Below, piece by piece: positions 35,895-35,897 of a DNA stretch of 35,897 nt. A program made the position numbers and the translations under genes. The DNA is taken from assembly GCA_905480445.1 (NCBI GenBank), contig CAJQQJ010000413.1, positions 1 to 35,897 of the forward strand, read 5' to 3'. This DNA comes from an uncultured Alphaproteobacteria bacterium. GTDB lineage: Bacteria > Pseudomonadota > Alphaproteobacteria > UBA7985 > CAJQQZ01. Numbering within the stretch: the stretch's first letter is position 1; the number at the start of each line of letters is the position of its first letter. Under the pieces are notes generated by a model that searched no databases, had not been told where the DNA came from, and saw nothing but the letters and a program-made list of their open reading frames with translations.

Positions 35895-35897
35895 GTC

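Noticed and set aside
1-35897. A window-wide look for CRISPR arrays, tandem repeats, IS elements or transposases, toxin-antitoxin pairs, restriction-modification systems or other defence genes.
   Set aside because: I found no repeat-spacer periodicity, no terminal inverted repeats bracketing a transposase-like ORF, and no ORF with nuclease, helicase, methylase-specificity or toxin signatures. The single methyltransferase is a small-molecule-type class I enzyme paired with a dehydrogenase. This was a by-eye scan, so short or degenerate repeats could have been missed.

Overview
This window reads as an ordinary chromosomal segment of an alphaproteobacterium-like genome. The GC content looks moderate by eye, and the taxon call rests only on protein signatures and synteny. 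I found 32 protein-coding genes (one of them only a partial 3' end), one interrupted gene and one tRNA. From left to right: the 3' end of rplT with a clear intrinsic terminator; pheS-pheT with an ATGA start/stop overlap; lepA; a small Trp-rich membrane protein; and tRNA-Ser(GGA). Next comes a run of accessory metabolic and regulatory genes: a Crp-family regulator, nitroreductase, secreted esterase, DauA-like FAD oxidoreductase, epoxide-hydrolase-like alpha/beta hydrolase, an unknown secreted protein, a LysR regulator, a cupin, sthA, an acetylpolyamine-amidohydrolase-like HDAC enzyme, a membrane-anchored class III nucleotidyl cyclase, a HAD hydrolase, an amidase, a PNPOx-like protein and an S9 peptidase. 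After that is a five-gene co-directional cluster on the minus strand, in transcription order: TAXI-TRAP binding protein, fused TRAP permease, a DAO-family FAD oxidoreductase interrupted by one in-frame TAG, a DgcA/StcD-like OYE-type flavoenzyme, and a flavin-reductase::LysR-effector-domain fusion that lacks a DNA-binding domain. The window ends with a zinc regulon (znuA divergent from znuC-znuB-zur, with a candidate Zur box) and a methyltransferase/MDR-dehydrogenase pair. I saw no CRISPR array, transposase, integrase, phage gene or recognisable defence system. The best candidate for something under-described is the HTH-less flavin-reductase/LysR-effector fusion and the TRAP/flavoenzyme cluster it ends. 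This is a hypothesis from domain recognition by eye, not a demonstrated new system. Other oddities are single-codon deviations at normally invariant positions (the LepA P-loop Lys replaced by Asn, and two PheS His replaced by Asn) and a few short structured or repeated intergenic motifs. No homology search, HMM scan or folding calculation could be run, so all family assignments come from remembered motifs.
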